64,000 bases of DNA from an uncultured Candidatus Saccharibacteria bacterium (GTDB taxonomy: Bacteria; Patescibacteriota; Dojkabacteria; SC72), in NCBI GenBank assembly GCA_964618765.1, contig CAZUDZ010000001.1:69826-133825 (forward strand), in the 5' to 3' direction. Positions 7,781-20,030 of the stretch are shown piece by piece (positions within the stretch are counted from its first letter, which is position 1; each line of letters opens with the position of its first letter). The position numbers and the translations under genes were made by a program. Under the pieces are notes generated by a model. It ran no database searches, was not told the DNA's origin, and was given only the letters and a program-made list of their open reading frames with translations.

Positions 7781-10504
7781 CTATAAAAGAACTACTGTTG
7801 CTACCCTATCCTCTTTGCTAATATTCATGACCTTTACTCCAGAGGTGTGTCTTCCTTGTACTGGTACTGCCTTAAGGTCTGCCCTGATAACTTTTGACTT
7901 TCCTGATATTACAACCATTTCTTCATCTTCCTTTGTCAACAATCTCGCGGATGCTACTATTCCTGTCTTCTTAGTCATTCTAAATGTGAATATACCACTA
8001 CCACCTCTCTTTTGTGTGGTATATTCTTTCAAAAGAGACATCTTCCCGTAACCAAATTCGGACAGAGTGAGTAATCTTTGCTCGTCATTCTCCACAATCC
8101 CCATCCCAATTACACGGTCAGAATCTTTTTTGAAAGTGATTCCTTTAACTCCTTTTGTACTCCTTCCCATTGGCCTTACATCTGTTTCTTTAAATCGTAT
8201 AGATTTACCCTCTTTAGTAACAAGAATAACCTCATCACTACCAGTAGTAGGTTTAACCCATATCAGTTGATCATTCTCTTCTAACTTAATTGCGGTTAAT
8301 CCATTAGATCTGATTTTAGAGAATTCTTTAAGCTGCGTTTTTTTAACAGTACCTTTCTCTGTAACCATCAAGAAGTACTTGTAAGATTTCTTACTATCTT
8401 TTTCTAAGGATATCTCCCCTTTAGGACTTCTTGTTAATACAGAGGTTACAATCTCATCTAGTCCTAACTGTATCAAGTTAACCAAAGGCAAGCCCTTCGC
8501 AGTTCTACCTAACTCAGGGATTTCAAAAATCCTTAAGTTAAATACCTTTCCTCTGTTTGTGAACAGAAGCAGTTCGTCGTGAGTATTACAGAGGAATGCA
8601 TGTTCTATGAAGTCTCCTTCCTTTGTTTCTCCTCCAGATACACCTTTACCTCCCCTATTCTGAGATTTGTATGTATTAGGAGGGAGTCTTTTAATGTATC
8701 CAGAGCGAGTGATTGTAACTAGTGTATCCTCTGAGGCTACCATATCCTCCTCTGAGATCTCGTCAACTTTCCCCTTTACTACCTTACTCCTTCTTTCATC
8801 CCCATACTTTTCTTTAATTTCTTGCAAATCATCATTTACTATCTCTAATATCCTATCTTGATTTTCAAGTACTAAATTATATTCCTTAATCTTAGATTTA
8901 ATATCCTTGAATTCATTTTGTATCTTCATTCTCTCAAGGGCAGCTAATCTTCTTAACTGCATATCCAATATTGCTTGTGCTTGTACCTCTGTAAATTCAA
9001 ATTTGTCCATAAGGTTGGTCTTTGCACTGTCTTGGGATTTTGACTTCCTAATTGTGTCTATTACCTCATCAAGCATATCTAAGGCTTTTAGTAGTCCCTC
9101 TAGTATGTGTCCCCTATATCTTGCCTCTGCTAAATCAAACTCATATCTTCTAATGGTTACAACTAATCTAAAGGAAAGGAAAAGCTCTAGGAATCTCTTT
9201 AAAGGTAAGGTTTTAGGTTCTTGATCAACCAAAGCAATCATATTTGCGTTGAATACCTTCTGCATCTCAGTATATTTGTAGAGCTTGTTGAGTACAGCTT
9301 TAGGCTGAGCATCTTTCTTAAGAATTATTACGAGCCTCATACCCTCTCTATTTGATTCATCTCTGATATCAGCAATACCCTTTATCTTTTTCTCTTTTAC
9401 AAGGTCAGCAATCTTTTCGGTCATGTACGCCTTGTTAACTTGATATGGAATTTCCGTTACTACGATATGGTATCTACCCTTTTGTCCCTCTATTATCGAA
9501 GCTTTTGCTCTTTGTAAGATCCTGCCTCTTCCTGTTGCGTATGCGTTTAATATCTCTTTCTGATTGTATATTGTTCCTCCAGTTGGAAAATCAGGTCCAG
9601 GGATAATTTCTATGAGATCGGAAGGAGTAATATCTGATTTAAATTTAGGGTACAGAGTTTGTTCTTTCTCTTTAAGCTCATTTCTTAATTCCTCTATTTC
9701 CTTGTGTAGATCAAGGCTGTTTTTTGAAATATAGTTTTCGAGATAGTCTGTAGGTTTGGAATCTAGTGTTGATGGGATTAACTCAGCAGATTCCTTCTTT
9801 TTTCTAAGTTCATTGTAGACAGCTTCCCCCTGCCATTTATTCTTCAAGGAAATCATCTTCTGTAGAGCATCTATGAGCTCTGTCAAGTTATGAGGAGGGA
9901 TTTTAGTAGCCATACCAACGGCAATTCCATCACTCCCATTTGCTAGGACATTAGGAAAAAGTGCAGGTAGAACTGTAGGTTCTAATCTTGTACCATCGTA
10001 GTTGGATATATAGGTGACAGTTCCTTTGCTTAAATCACTTAACAGCATTGGTGTTATTTTAGCCATTCTTGCTTCTGTGTATCTCATTGCTGCGGGTGAA
10101 TCTCCGTCTATTGAACCGAAGTTTCCTTGACCATCTACTAAGGGATATCTAGTCGAGAAATCTTGAGCCATTTTTACCAAAGTTGGGTAGACAACAGATT
10201 CTCCATGTGGGTGGTAGTTACCTGATGTATCTCCCGCTATTTTAGCTGACTTCCTGTAGTGTGCGGTAGGGTGTAAGTTAAGATCATTCATGGCAACAAG
10301 GATTCTTCTTTGAGAGGGCTTTAGACCATCTTTTACTTCAGGGAGAGCTCTTGATACTATGACTGACATTGAGTAATCCAAGTAGTTGGATTTCATCTCA
10401 TCAACTATTGATCTAGGAACTATCTCTCCAGGTTTAAAGGTAAGATTAGTATCTAAGTTGTTATTTCCTTCTTCTTTTATCTCGGTTTTTACTTCTTCTT
10501 CCAC
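7781..10504 (-). CDS. gyrA: DNA gyrase subunit A
   Basis: 907 aa. QRRILVAMNDLNL...HYRKSAKIAGDTSGNYHPHGESVVYPTLVKMAQDFSTRYPLVDGQGNFGS contains the active-site Tyr region. C-terminal beta-pinwheel repeats. Confidence 0.95.
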   Translation of the reverse strand: MEEEVKTEIKEEGNNNLDTNLTFKPGEIVPRSIVDEMKSNYLDYSMSVIVSRALPEVKDGLKPSQRRILVAMNDLNLHPTAHYRKSAKIAGDTSGNYHPHGESVVYPTLVKMAQDFSTRYPLVDGQGNFGSIDGDSPAAMRYTEARMAKITPMLLSDLSKGTVTYISNYDGTRLEPTVLPALFPNVLANGSDGIAVGMATKIPPHNLTELIDALQKMISLKNKWQGEAVYNELRKKKESAELIPSTLDSKPTDYLENYISKNSLDLHKEIEELRNELKEKEQTLYPKFKSDITPSDLIEIIPGPDFPTGGTIYNQKEILNAYATGRGRILQRAKASIIEGQKGRYHIVVTEIPYQVNKAYMTEKIADLVKEKKIKGIADIRDESNREGMRLVIILKKDAQPKAVLNKLYKYTEMQKVFNANMIALVDQEPKTLPLKRFLELFLSFRLVVTIRRYEFDLAEARYRGHILEGLLKALDMLDEVIDTIRKSKSQDSAKTNLMDKFEFTEVQAQAILDMQLRRLAALERMKIQNEFKDIKSKIKEYNLVLENQDRILEIVNDDLQEIKEKYGDERRSKVVKGKVDEISEEDMVASEDTLVTITRSGYIKRLPPNTYKSQNRGGKGVSGGETKEGDFIEHAFLCNTHDELLLFTNRGKVFNLRIFEIPELGRTAKGLPLVNLIQLGLDEIVTSVLTRSPKGEISLEKDSKKSYKYFLMVTEKGTVKKTQLKEFSKIRSNGLTAIKLEENDQLIWVKPTTGSDEVILVTKEGKSIRFKETDVRPMGRSTKGVKGITFKKDSDRVIGMGIVENDEQRLLTLSEFGYGKMSLLKEYTTQKRGGSGIFTFRMTKKTGIVASARLLTKEDEEMVVISGKSKVIRADLKAVPVQGRHTSGVKVMNISKEDRVATVVLL

Positions 10505-10526
10505 TTCTACTATTGGTTAATTATAT

Positions 10527-10958
10527 TTATATGGCATCTTGCAAGGACATTTCTAAGTCACTTTTTATGTGCTCAGGATCTAGAGCTAACCCTATTAGTT
10601 TCCAATATGTTCGTGCAGAGACAACATATGTGTCTGGGTTGTCTTTTCTAGGTGATATTGTAATACATTCTTCTTGTACATCATCGGTGGAGGTTAATAG
10701 CCGTGCAACGATGAAATCCTTGTGGTCTTGCTCGTCTACTAGTTGTAGATGTATACCATTTCTTTTAGGATCTTTTGCAACATGTGTAGAAATCTTACTG
10801 TACAAATCCTCGTTGTATATCTCTTCATTGCTTTCCTGAGAAAGTAAGAAAAGTATCTTCCCTCTATGTCGTAGTCCTAATTCCCTGTTAAGTTTAGTGT
10901 TAAATAGTGATTCGTACTCTGTTGCTTTTGGCATTTTTAAACTCTCTCTTAGACCCAT
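10527..10958 (-). CDS. Hypothetical protein inserted between gyrB and gyrA
   Basis: 143-aa ORF filling the gap between gyrB and gyrA on the same strand. No motif recognised. Confidence 0.45.
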   Translation of the reverse strand: MGLRESLKMPKATEYESLFNTKLNRELGLRHRGKILFLLSQESNEEIYNEDLYSKISTHVAKDPKRNGIHLQLVDEQDHKDFIVARLLTSTDDVQEECITISPRKDNPDTYVVSARTYWKLIGLALDPEHIKSDLEMSLQDAI

Positions 10959-10976
10959 ATTAAGTAATGTAAAAAA

Positions 10977-12887
<1,911 letters not shown>

Positions 12888-12955
12888 CTACCTAGATCTG
12901 TAATTTAAATTTCTGGTCATTAAACTATACATTTTACATGATTTTTGCCTGAATG

Positions 12956-13657
12956 TTAAGCCTTAAGCTGTACAATCATGGCCTCCAAAGTAAGCCTCCT
13001 GTTACAATTTGCAGAGATTTTTTCTCTGCTTTTTTGTATGATTTTCAAAAGACTTCCGTTCTTGTGGGAACTCTCAATGTTACCATTTTTAATATCTAAT
13101 TCAAGCTCTCTTTTGAATCTTTCCTCTAGGGCGTTTAACAAAAGAAGAGAAGACTCTTTCTCCTTGGCGTACTCTTCAATGAGTGAGAATTGCTCAAGAA
13201 GATCTAGATCAAGTATATCTGCAAGGCTTTCTTCTCCCTCTTCTGGACTCTCTTCCTCTTCTATCCCCTGTAAGCGAGGATAGATTATGACACCCCTTGA
13301 TTGTATTGTAGGTAGGAGATTTCTTTCGTTGTCTACACACAGAATATATATTGAAGTGTCAGAAGTTTCCTCCAAAGTTTTAAGGAGTGCATTTTGTGCT
13401 TGTATTGTTAACTTCTCTGCCTCAAGAATTATCCCTACCTGCCTTTCCTCTTGAAACGGTTTGTACCTCATACTTCCCTGAAGATCTTTTACCTCCTCTA
13501 TACCAATACTGTTTTGCTCTTTAGGGTTGAGTACGTGGATATCTGGAGATTCTGCTATCTTCTTTTTAAATATCTTCTTGAGTAATTCTTCAAGCTGCTT
13601 TTTCTGTAGAGCGATTGAGGGATTTGCAATTATATATGTCATGACAAATTGTATCAT
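12956..13657 (-). CDS. holB: DNA polymerase III delta-prime-like clamp-loader subunit (short)
   Basis: QNALLKTLEE and LLPTIQSRG match the AANALLKTLEEPP and LPTIxSRC clamp-loader motifs. 233 aa is shorter than typical HolB. Confidence 0.5.
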   Translation of the reverse strand: MIQFVMTYIIANPSIALQKKQLEELLKKIFKKKIAESPDIHVLNPKEQNSIGIEEVKDLQGSMRYKPFQEERQVGIILEAEKLTIQAQNALLKTLEETSDTSIYILCVDNERNLLPTIQSRGVIIYPRLQGIEEEESPEEGEESLADILDLDLLEQFSLIEEYAKEKESSLLLLNALEERFKRELELDIKNGNIESSHKNGSLLKIIQKSREKISANCNRRLTLEAMIVQLKA

Positions 13658-13756
13658 ACAGTAAAACAGTAGATACAGTAACCCATCTTTTAGTTGACTA
13701 CTTAAGGGGATTAGAATAAACTAAGATGAGAATAATATATTAAGGAAATCTGCCCG

Positions 13757-15562
13757 ATGGCCGTAGGAATATCGTTACTCAAATACCTTCAAGACAAGGG
13801 TTTAATAAATGAAGATGGAGCCAGAAAGGTTTTGGTGGAAAGAAGTCGTTCCCAAAAATCAGAGGAGGCAATCATTAGGGAGCTTGTACTTGCAAATGAT
13901 GAGGAGATAGCAAAAGCGAAATCAGAGATATTTGGGATACCCTTTGTGGATCTTACATCTATGTCCATTAACGAAAGCATCATCGCAGAGGTCAATATCG
14001 AGGATTTACATAAGCACAAGGCGGTACCGTTTGAAAGAGGAAATGATTTTGTGAAGATAGCTATGGAAGATCCTTTCGATGTGCAAGCCACACAGGCACT
14101 TCAAAGAAAGTACCCTTCTGGTACGAAGGTGGAAGTATACATTACAACTAAAGATGGAATAGATTCTGTTTTAGAAAGAAGGGTTGGAGACATGATGAGC
14201 TCTGAGGTCACAGATGCCCTAGAAGATGTAGATGTTCCTGTTACAGAAATTAATGAAGATCCAAACTTCTTTTCTAGTACAGACCTTTCCTCTGCCCCCA
14301 TCGCAAGGATAGTGAGTTCAATGTTGCAATATGCTGTTACTTCTAAATCTTCGGATATACATATTGAACCCATGGAGAAAAAGGTAAGGGTTAGATTTAG
14401 GATACATGGAGTAATGACTGAGAGGTTATCTCTTCCAAAGAATTTGAGTCCTGCAATTGTATCTAGAATTAAGATTTTGTCTAATCTTAAAATAGATGAA
14501 AGAAGACTACCTCAAGATGGGCGATTCGCTATTAAAATTGGAAATACAAAGATAGACTTGCGTGTTTCCATAATGCCTACAATACATGGAGAGAAAGTTG
14601 TAATGAGGCTTTTAGAGTCTGAAGCAACGGATATTACATTGGAATCAACGGGTTTGCGAGGAAATGCATACAAAGTATTTGTAGATGCTTTAAGTGTAAC
14701 TAACGGGATTGCATTAGTTACTGGTCCTACAGGAAGTGGTAAAACTAGAACTTTGGCATGCTCTCTCATAAAGGTAAATGATCCTAAGGTAAATATCATC
14801 TCTCTTGAAAACCCTGTAGAAATTAGAATTCCTGGTGTAACTCAGATACAGATAAACCCAGATATCGGTCTTACATTTGCAAATGGTTTGCGTTCAGTAT
14901 TAAGACAAGACCCAGATGTAGTCATGGTTGGAGAGATCCGAGATGAAGAAACTGCTCAACTGGCTGTACAAGCCTCTCTTACAGGACACTTAGTCCTTTC
15001 AACCTTACATACTAATAGTGCTCCTGCAGCTATTCCTAGACTCCTAGATATGGGTGTAGAACCATATCTCCTTGCTTCTACAGTACGTTGTATTGCAGCT
15101 CAAAGATTACCAAGGAGAGTATGTAAAAACTGTATAGAAGCCTACCCTGCTCCAGAAGAAATGGTTAAGAATATAGAGGAGACGATGAAAGGGGTAAAAG
15201 ATTTCGATTTAATCCCCTACCTTAAAAGTGTAGCCTCTTCTTTACAAGCAAAAGGTGAAAATGAAAGTCCAACAGTAAAAGCTCCACAAGTAGGTCCAGA
15301 TGGGACACCAGTAATATATCTTTACAGAGGGAAAGGATGTGACAAGTGTGGTGGGTCAGGATACTCAGGAAGAATCGGAATATTCGAGGTTCTTGATGTT
15401 TCTCAGGGAATAAGCAGAATGATAATGCAAAATGTAACTGACGAGAAAATTAAAGAGAGAGCAGTAGAGGAAGGGATGTTAACTATGATACAAGATGGTT
15501 ATTTGAAAGCACTAGAAGGCATAACCGCGATAGAGGAAGTTTTAAGGGTTTCAAAAGAATAA
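13757..15562 (+). CDS. pilB: Type IV pilus assembly ATPase PilB (GspE family)
   Basis: 601 aa. N-terminal T2SSE_N-like domain, Walker A GPTGSGKT, and a C-terminal tetracysteine CKNC...CDKCGGSGY zinc motif typical of PilB/GspE. Confidence 0.9.
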   Translation: MAVGISLLKYLQDKGLINEDGARKVLVERSRSQKSEEAIIRELVLANDEEIAKAKSEIFGIPFVDLTSMSINESIIAEVNIEDLHKHKAVPFERGNDFVKIAMEDPFDVQATQALQRKYPSGTKVEVYITTKDGIDSVLERRVGDMMSSEVTDALEDVDVPVTEINEDPNFFSSTDLSSAPIARIVSSMLQYAVTSKSSDIHIEPMEKKVRVRFRIHGVMTERLSLPKNLSPAIVSRIKILSNLKIDERRLPQDGRFAIKIGNTKIDLRVSIMPTIHGEKVVMRLLESEATDITLESTGLRGNAYKVFVDALSVTNGIALVTGPTGSGKTRTLACSLIKVNDPKVNIISLENPVEIRIPGVTQIQINPDIGLTFANGLRSVLRQDPDVVMVGEIRDEETAQLAVQASLTGHLVLSTLHTNSAPAAIPRLLDMGVEPYLLASTVRCIAAQRLPRRVCKNCIEAYPAPEEMVKNIEETMKGVKDFDLIPYLKSVASSLQAKGENESPTVKAPQVGPDGTPVIYLYRGKGCDKCGGSGYSGRIGIFEVLDVSQGISRMIMQNVTDEKIKERAVEEGMLTMIQDGYLKALEGITAIEEVLRVSKE

Positions 15563-15581
15563 ATTTTTGGTATAAATATAT

Positions 15582-17300
15582 ATGGATCAAAATACTGCCC
15601 AAAATAACAATGTACAATTCCCATACCCCGATTTTTCTGGGACAAATCCTACCCAGCAAGTGCAGGATACTTCCCAAAAGCAAGGGCAGGTGCAAGTACA
15701 AGCTACTACTACTAATGATGATCAAAAAATAGATGAGCTAAGGAAAAATCTAGATGCTTTAATAGCAACTGAGAAACAGGTACAACAAACTCCTCCTCCT
15801 CCAGTTAAGCAAGAAGAAGAGAAAAAAGGACAGGTGGGAGAAGACTCCAACACAGAGATATCTTCTCAGCAGCCAGATATGCCAGCATCACATACCCAGA
15901 AGCCTCAACCTCTTCCAGGTATGGAGAAAAAACTTCCAAAGGAAAACCTAGCGGAAGTTTCCACAGTAATACCTGTAGGTGTAGGGGAAGGATTTGATCC
16001 TTTACCATCAAATCTTCCCAAGTTTAATGAGACTCTTGATAATATAATGCCTGATACTAAGAAACCAAAGCCTCCTCAGAAAAGGATTGTAACCGAAACA
16101 GCTGATTCATCTCAACCTACTAATTTACAAAGTAATAGAAATACCTTAAAACCTGAAATACAAGAAGATCCATCTTTAGGAGCTAAGAAGCAGAAAGACG
16201 ATTTTAAAATCACTGAAGAAACATTAGACACTAAGGGAGAACTATCTATTCAGAAACTTCTGTCAGAGGCTATTAATAGGAATGCATCTGACTTACATCT
16301 TTCTGTCGGATACCCCCCTATTCTTCGCATAGATGGGGAGTTAGTAGCTTTAGATGAAAACATCATAGGGCCAGAAGAAGCGGAAAATCTAATATTTTCT
16401 ATTCTTACCGACGAAAAAAAAGAACTCTTAGAAGTTAACAGAGAAATAGATTTAGCATATACATATGAAGGAGGTGTTAATGCTAGATTTAGGATCAATG
16501 CTTTCTATACAATGAAAAATCTCTCTGCTGCTTTTAGATTAATTCCTTCAAGAGTCAAAACCATAGAGGAGCTGATGCTTCCTCAAATGTATAACCAGTT
16601 TGCCAAATTGAAACAGGGACTCGTTCTAGTTACCGGACCAACAGGTCATGGTAAGAGTACTACAATCGCAGCAATATTAGAGGCGATAAATAGGACTAGG
16701 TTTTGTCATATTCTTACGATAGAGGATCCAATAGAGTATGTTTTTGAAGGGAAAAAGGCCCTCATTGATCAAAGAGAGATGAATGATGACACTCACTCAT
16801 GGAATATTGCATTAAGAAGTGCTTTGCGACAAGATCCTGATGTTATCTTAGTTGGAGAAATGAGAGATTTTGAAACGATAGCCTCAGCTATTACTCTAGC
16901 TGAAACAGGACATCTTGTATTTGCAACTTTACATACAAACAGTGCATCTCAGACATTAGATAGAATAATAGATGTCTTCCCAGAGAATCAACAACAACAA
17001 GTTAGAACTCAAATAGCTAATACCTTAGAAGCTGTAGTGGCTCAAAGATTAATTCCTTTAGATCAGGGAGGTAGAAGAGCAGTCTCGGAGATCATGTTGA
17101 ATAACTCTGCTGTAAGCAATCTTATTAGAGAAGGGAAAATGCACCAGGTAGACAATGTCATTAGGACAAGCTCAGATATTGGGATGAAGTATTTGGAACG
17201 ATCTTTGATTGATTTGGTAAGAGAGGGTGTGATATCTGTACAGAAAGCCCAAGAGTATGCAGTGCATCCTGAAGAGGTATTAAGATTATTAAAATCATAA
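15582..17300 (+). CDS. pilT: PilT-family retraction ATPase with a ~210-aa low-complexity N-terminal extension
   Basis: The C-terminal ~350 aa is a PilT core (LHLSVGYPPILRIDGEL..., Walker A GPTGHGKSTT, ...GEMRD...). The N-terminal ~210 aa is Q/P/K/E/T-rich with no motif. Confidence 0.85.
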   Translation: MDQNTAQNNNVQFPYPDFSGTNPTQQVQDTSQKQGQVQVQATTTNDDQKIDELRKNLDALIATEKQVQQTPPPPVKQEEEKKGQVGEDSNTEISSQQPDMPASHTQKPQPLPGMEKKLPKENLAEVSTVIPVGVGEGFDPLPSNLPKFNETLDNIMPDTKKPKPPQKRIVTETADSSQPTNLQSNRNTLKPEIQEDPSLGAKKQKDDFKITEETLDTKGELSIQKLLSEAINRNASDLHLSVGYPPILRIDGELVALDENIIGPEEAENLIFSILTDEKKELLEVNREIDLAYTYEGGVNARFRINAFYTMKNLSAAFRLIPSRVKTIEELMLPQMYNQFAKLKQGLVLVTGPTGHGKSTTIAAILEAINRTRFCHILTIEDPIEYVFEGKKALIDQREMNDDTHSWNIALRSALRQDPDVILVGEMRDFETIASAITLAETGHLVFATLHTNSASQTLDRIIDVFPENQQQQVRTQIANTLEAVVAQRLIPLDQGGRRAVSEIMLNNSAVSNLIREGKMHQVDNVIRTSSDIGMKYLERSLIDLVREGVISVQKAQEYAVHPEEVLRLLKS

Positions 17301-17306
17301 TAAACA

Positions 17307-18518
17307 ATGAAGAAATTTAAATACTCTGCAAGAGATACAAAAGGAAAGGTGGTAGAGGGAGAAGTAGAGGCAAAAGATGTTCAAGCTGTTGCAGATATTT
17401 TACACGACAGAGAATTAATAGTGGTTTCCATTAAAGAAGGATTAGGTCTTAATCTTGATCGTTTAAGTGAGATAAATATTGGTGGAGTACCAATGAAAGA
17501 GAAAGTTGTCTTCATGAGGCAAATGGCTACGATGGTTGGAGCAGGTTTACCATTAACCAGATCGTTGGAGATAATGGTCCAACAGGCATCAAATCCTCTT
17601 TTTAAGAAAGTTCTTAAAAATGTTTTGAGCTCAATACAATCAGGTAAAACACTCGCGGATTCATTTAGAGCTGAAGAGGATATCTTCGATGATATCACTA
17701 TTAACTTAATAGAGGCTGGAGAAGAGAGTGGTAATTTAGAGATAATCCTGGAGAAACTAGCGGTAGAGTTAGAAGAGAAGGATGCCTTAAATAGTAAGAT
17801 TAAGTCTGCGATGATATATCCTGTTATTATTCTTCTTGTTATCGTTGCTGTCATTCTTATGATGATGTTCGTACTTGTTCCTTCAATGGCTGATATATAT
17901 AGCGATTTTGATGCTGAGCTTCCTTTCATAACTCTTTTCCTTATGAATACTAGTAACTTCTTTATTAATTATTGGTGGGCTATTTTAATTGTTCTTTTAG
18001 TGTTAATTGTTGGAATCAAGTACTATTTAGATACCCCAAAAGGTAAAAGAACTTTTGATAAACTGATATTGAAAGTACCTGTATTAGGAGGAATAATTAC
18101 TAAAATGCAGATATCTCAATTTACTAGAATACTTGCCCTTCTTTTAGGAAGTGGATTATCCATTATTAAAGCTCTCGATTTAACGGCACAATCTTTAAGC
18201 AATGAGATGTTTAGAGACACTCTTTTGAAAGCGAAAGAAGAAGTAGAGAAAGGTGGGCCTTTGGCTATCCCTATAGCAAGGAGTGAGTACTACCCTCTTC
18301 TTGTTAGCAGTATGATCGCTGTGGGAGAAGAGACTGGGGAGATGGATGCTGTGTTAGGAAAGGTCTCAGAATACTACAAAGATGAAGTAGATACTGCTAC
18401 AGGTAACCTTTCTACTATACTAGAACCTCTATTTCTTGTGATAATGGGTGGAGCTATAGGTTTCATAGCTCTAGGTGTATATATGCCAATGTTCCAATTA
18501 TCTACTGCAATAGGCTAA
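17307..18518 (+). CDS. pilC: Type IV pilus inner-membrane platform protein PilC (GspF family)
   Basis: 403 aa. Two GspF-like repeats with three TM segments. 6 nt downstream of pilT. Confidence 0.85.
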   Translation: MKKFKYSARDTKGKVVEGEVEAKDVQAVADILHDRELIVVSIKEGLGLNLDRLSEINIGGVPMKEKVVFMRQMATMVGAGLPLTRSLEIMVQQASNPLFKKVLKNVLSSIQSGKTLADSFRAEEDIFDDITINLIEAGEESGNLEIILEKLAVELEEKDALNSKIKSAMIYPVIILLVIVAVILMMMFVLVPSMADIYSDFDAELPFITLFLMNTSNFFINYWWAILIVLLVLIVGIKYYLDTPKGKRTFDKLILKVPVLGGIITKMQISQFTRILALLLGSGLSIIKALDLTAQSLSNEMFRDTLLKAKEEVEKGGPLAIPIARSEYYPLLVSSMIAVGEETGEMDAVLGKVSEYYKDEVDTATGNLSTILEPLFLVIMGGAIGFIALGVYMPMFQLSTAIG

Positions 18519-18522
18519 GGTA

Positions 18523-18551
18523 TTGACATAAGATTAAATATTGTGTAATTT
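18523..18551 (+). promoter_or_regulatory. Sigma-70-like promoter of the major pilin gene: TTGACA-17-TAATTT
   Basis: Consensus -35 TTGACA (18523-18528), a 17-nt spacer, then TAATTT (18546-18551), about 35 nt before the pilin ATG. Confidence 0.45.
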
Positions 18552-18585
18552 GTACTTAACATTAAATTAAAACTGTCTAGCTTAT

Positions 18586-19200
18586 ATGAGAAAGAGAATG
18601 TACGAGGCTTTTACACTAATAGAAATGCTTATTGTAATGGCTATCTTAATTGTCCTTATGGTAATCGGTATTGCTGCTGGAAGATTTGCACTTAATAGAG
18701 CAAATGATGTCGCTCATCAGAATGCTGTAGACCAGCTATATCAAGGCTTACAAGCATATTATACAGACAACAGAACATTTCCTACGACAACAGAGTGTGG
18801 TGGGGTTTGTACTCCTGCAGCTATGATGTCTAACCAGGAAATTTTAGGGAAATACATGGACCTAGGAGCTTTTAACGGAGGAACTTCTGCTACATTTATA
18901 TATTTTGTAGGTGGAGATAATAACGACCAGGCAGTTATGGTTTGTGCCTCTATGAGAGGTCTAAAAGCAGAGAGTGACGAGAAAACAGATGGTGCTTATT
19001 ACTGTAATGGAAACGGTTTTGGAGTAGACAATTTAACCGCTGGGGCTACAACCTTCCCTCAAACCTTTACTGACAAGAGTATTGAAAAGAAAGATGGGTC
19101 TAATCCAGTATGGGTGGCATTGTCTGGCAGTACATTCACAACCTCCTCTGATTGGGATAATCTAGCAGTAGGTGGTATGGGATGGACAGAATTGGAGTAG
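18586..19200 (+). CDS. Type IV (major) pilin with a prepilin N-terminal cleavage/methylation domain
   Basis: MRKRMYEAFTLIEMLIVMAILIVL is a class III signal with the conserved F+1/E+5 hydrophobic helix. 204 aa with Cys pairs. Flanked by a strong promoter and terminator. Confidence 0.8.
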   Translation: MRKRMYEAFTLIEMLIVMAILIVLMVIGIAAGRFALNRANDVAHQNAVDQLYQGLQAYYTDNRTFPTTTECGGVCTPAAMMSNQEILGKYMDLGAFNGGTSATFIYFVGGDNNDQAVMVCASMRGLKAESDEKTDGAYYCNGNGFGVDNLTAGATTFPQTFTDKSIEKKDGSNPVWVALSGSTFTTSSDWDNLAVGGMGWTELE

Positions 19201-19226
19201 TAGATAGAATCTTAACTTGACAGTTT

Positions 19227-19258
19227 AAACCCCTCTTCTGAGGGGTTTTTCTTTTTCT
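19227..19258 (+). terminator. Rho-independent terminator after the major pilin gene
   Basis: AAACCCCTC-ttct-GAGGGGTTT followed by TTTCTTTTTCT. Confidence 0.7.
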
Positions 19259-19272
19259 GCTATTATATATAC

Positions 19273-20022
19273 ATGATCACAATAAATATTGGATTCTTTC
19301 TTTTGGGAACATTCATAGCAAGCTTCTTAAATGCTACTTTGTATAGAATAGATAACAAATACAAATACCCAGATATTATTAAATTGAGATCTCATTGTGA
19401 AAAATGTAAAAAACTTCTTAAATGGTGGGAATTAATCCCAATACTTGGTTATATTTTAATCGGAGGCAGGTGTAGTAAATGTAATACTGCTGTAAATATA
19501 TATTACCCTCTCTCCGAGTTCTTCTTAGGGACAACATTCCTTCTCTTCCACCTTCACTTCACTCCTTGGTATCTATGGATAGTAGTTCTATTTCTTTTTA
19601 TCCTCTCCTACTTTGATATCCAATACAATGCAATATATAAGAAGTTAGTCCATATATTCCTGCTTTTTTGTTTTGTGATCTTTCTTTTGTACGCCTTTAA
19701 CCCTAGCAATACTATTCTTCCGCTACTCTTTACCCTTCTGCTTCTAGTACTGAACATCTTTAAGAAGTCATTTGGTTTGGGAGATATATTAATACTCTTA
19801 GGAGCAGGGACTCTTCTTAATTGGCAACAGTACTTAGTTATGTTTTGGATGGGGATTCTAGTAGCCCTACTCTACTCTGTGATCATAATAATTAAGGACA
19901 AAGTAAAGATTAAGGGAGCAAAAATACCCATGATTCCATTCTTCACTATCTCATTTATTTTAACTACCCTATATGGTGAAGAAATATATATTCACCTTCT
20001 TAAATTAATGGGAATATGGTAA
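19273..20022 (+). CDS. pilD: Prepilin peptidase (A24 family)
   Basis: 249 aa, polytopic membrane protein. The tetracysteine CEKC...CSKC motif is characteristic of the PilD N-terminal domain. Sits directly after the pilin gene. Confidence 0.8.
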   Translation: MITINIGFFLLGTFIASFLNATLYRIDNKYKYPDIIKLRSHCEKCKKLLKWWELIPILGYILIGGRCSKCNTAVNIYYPLSEFFLGTTFLLFHLHFTPWYLWIVVLFLFILSYFDIQYNAIYKKLVHIFLLFCFVIFLLYAFNPSNTILPLLFTLLLLVLNIFKKSFGLGDILILLGAGTLLNWQQYLVMFWMGILVALLYSVIIIIKDKVKIKGAKIPMIPFFTISFILTTLYGEEIYIHLLKLMGIW

Positions 20023-20030
20023 ATTAAAAC

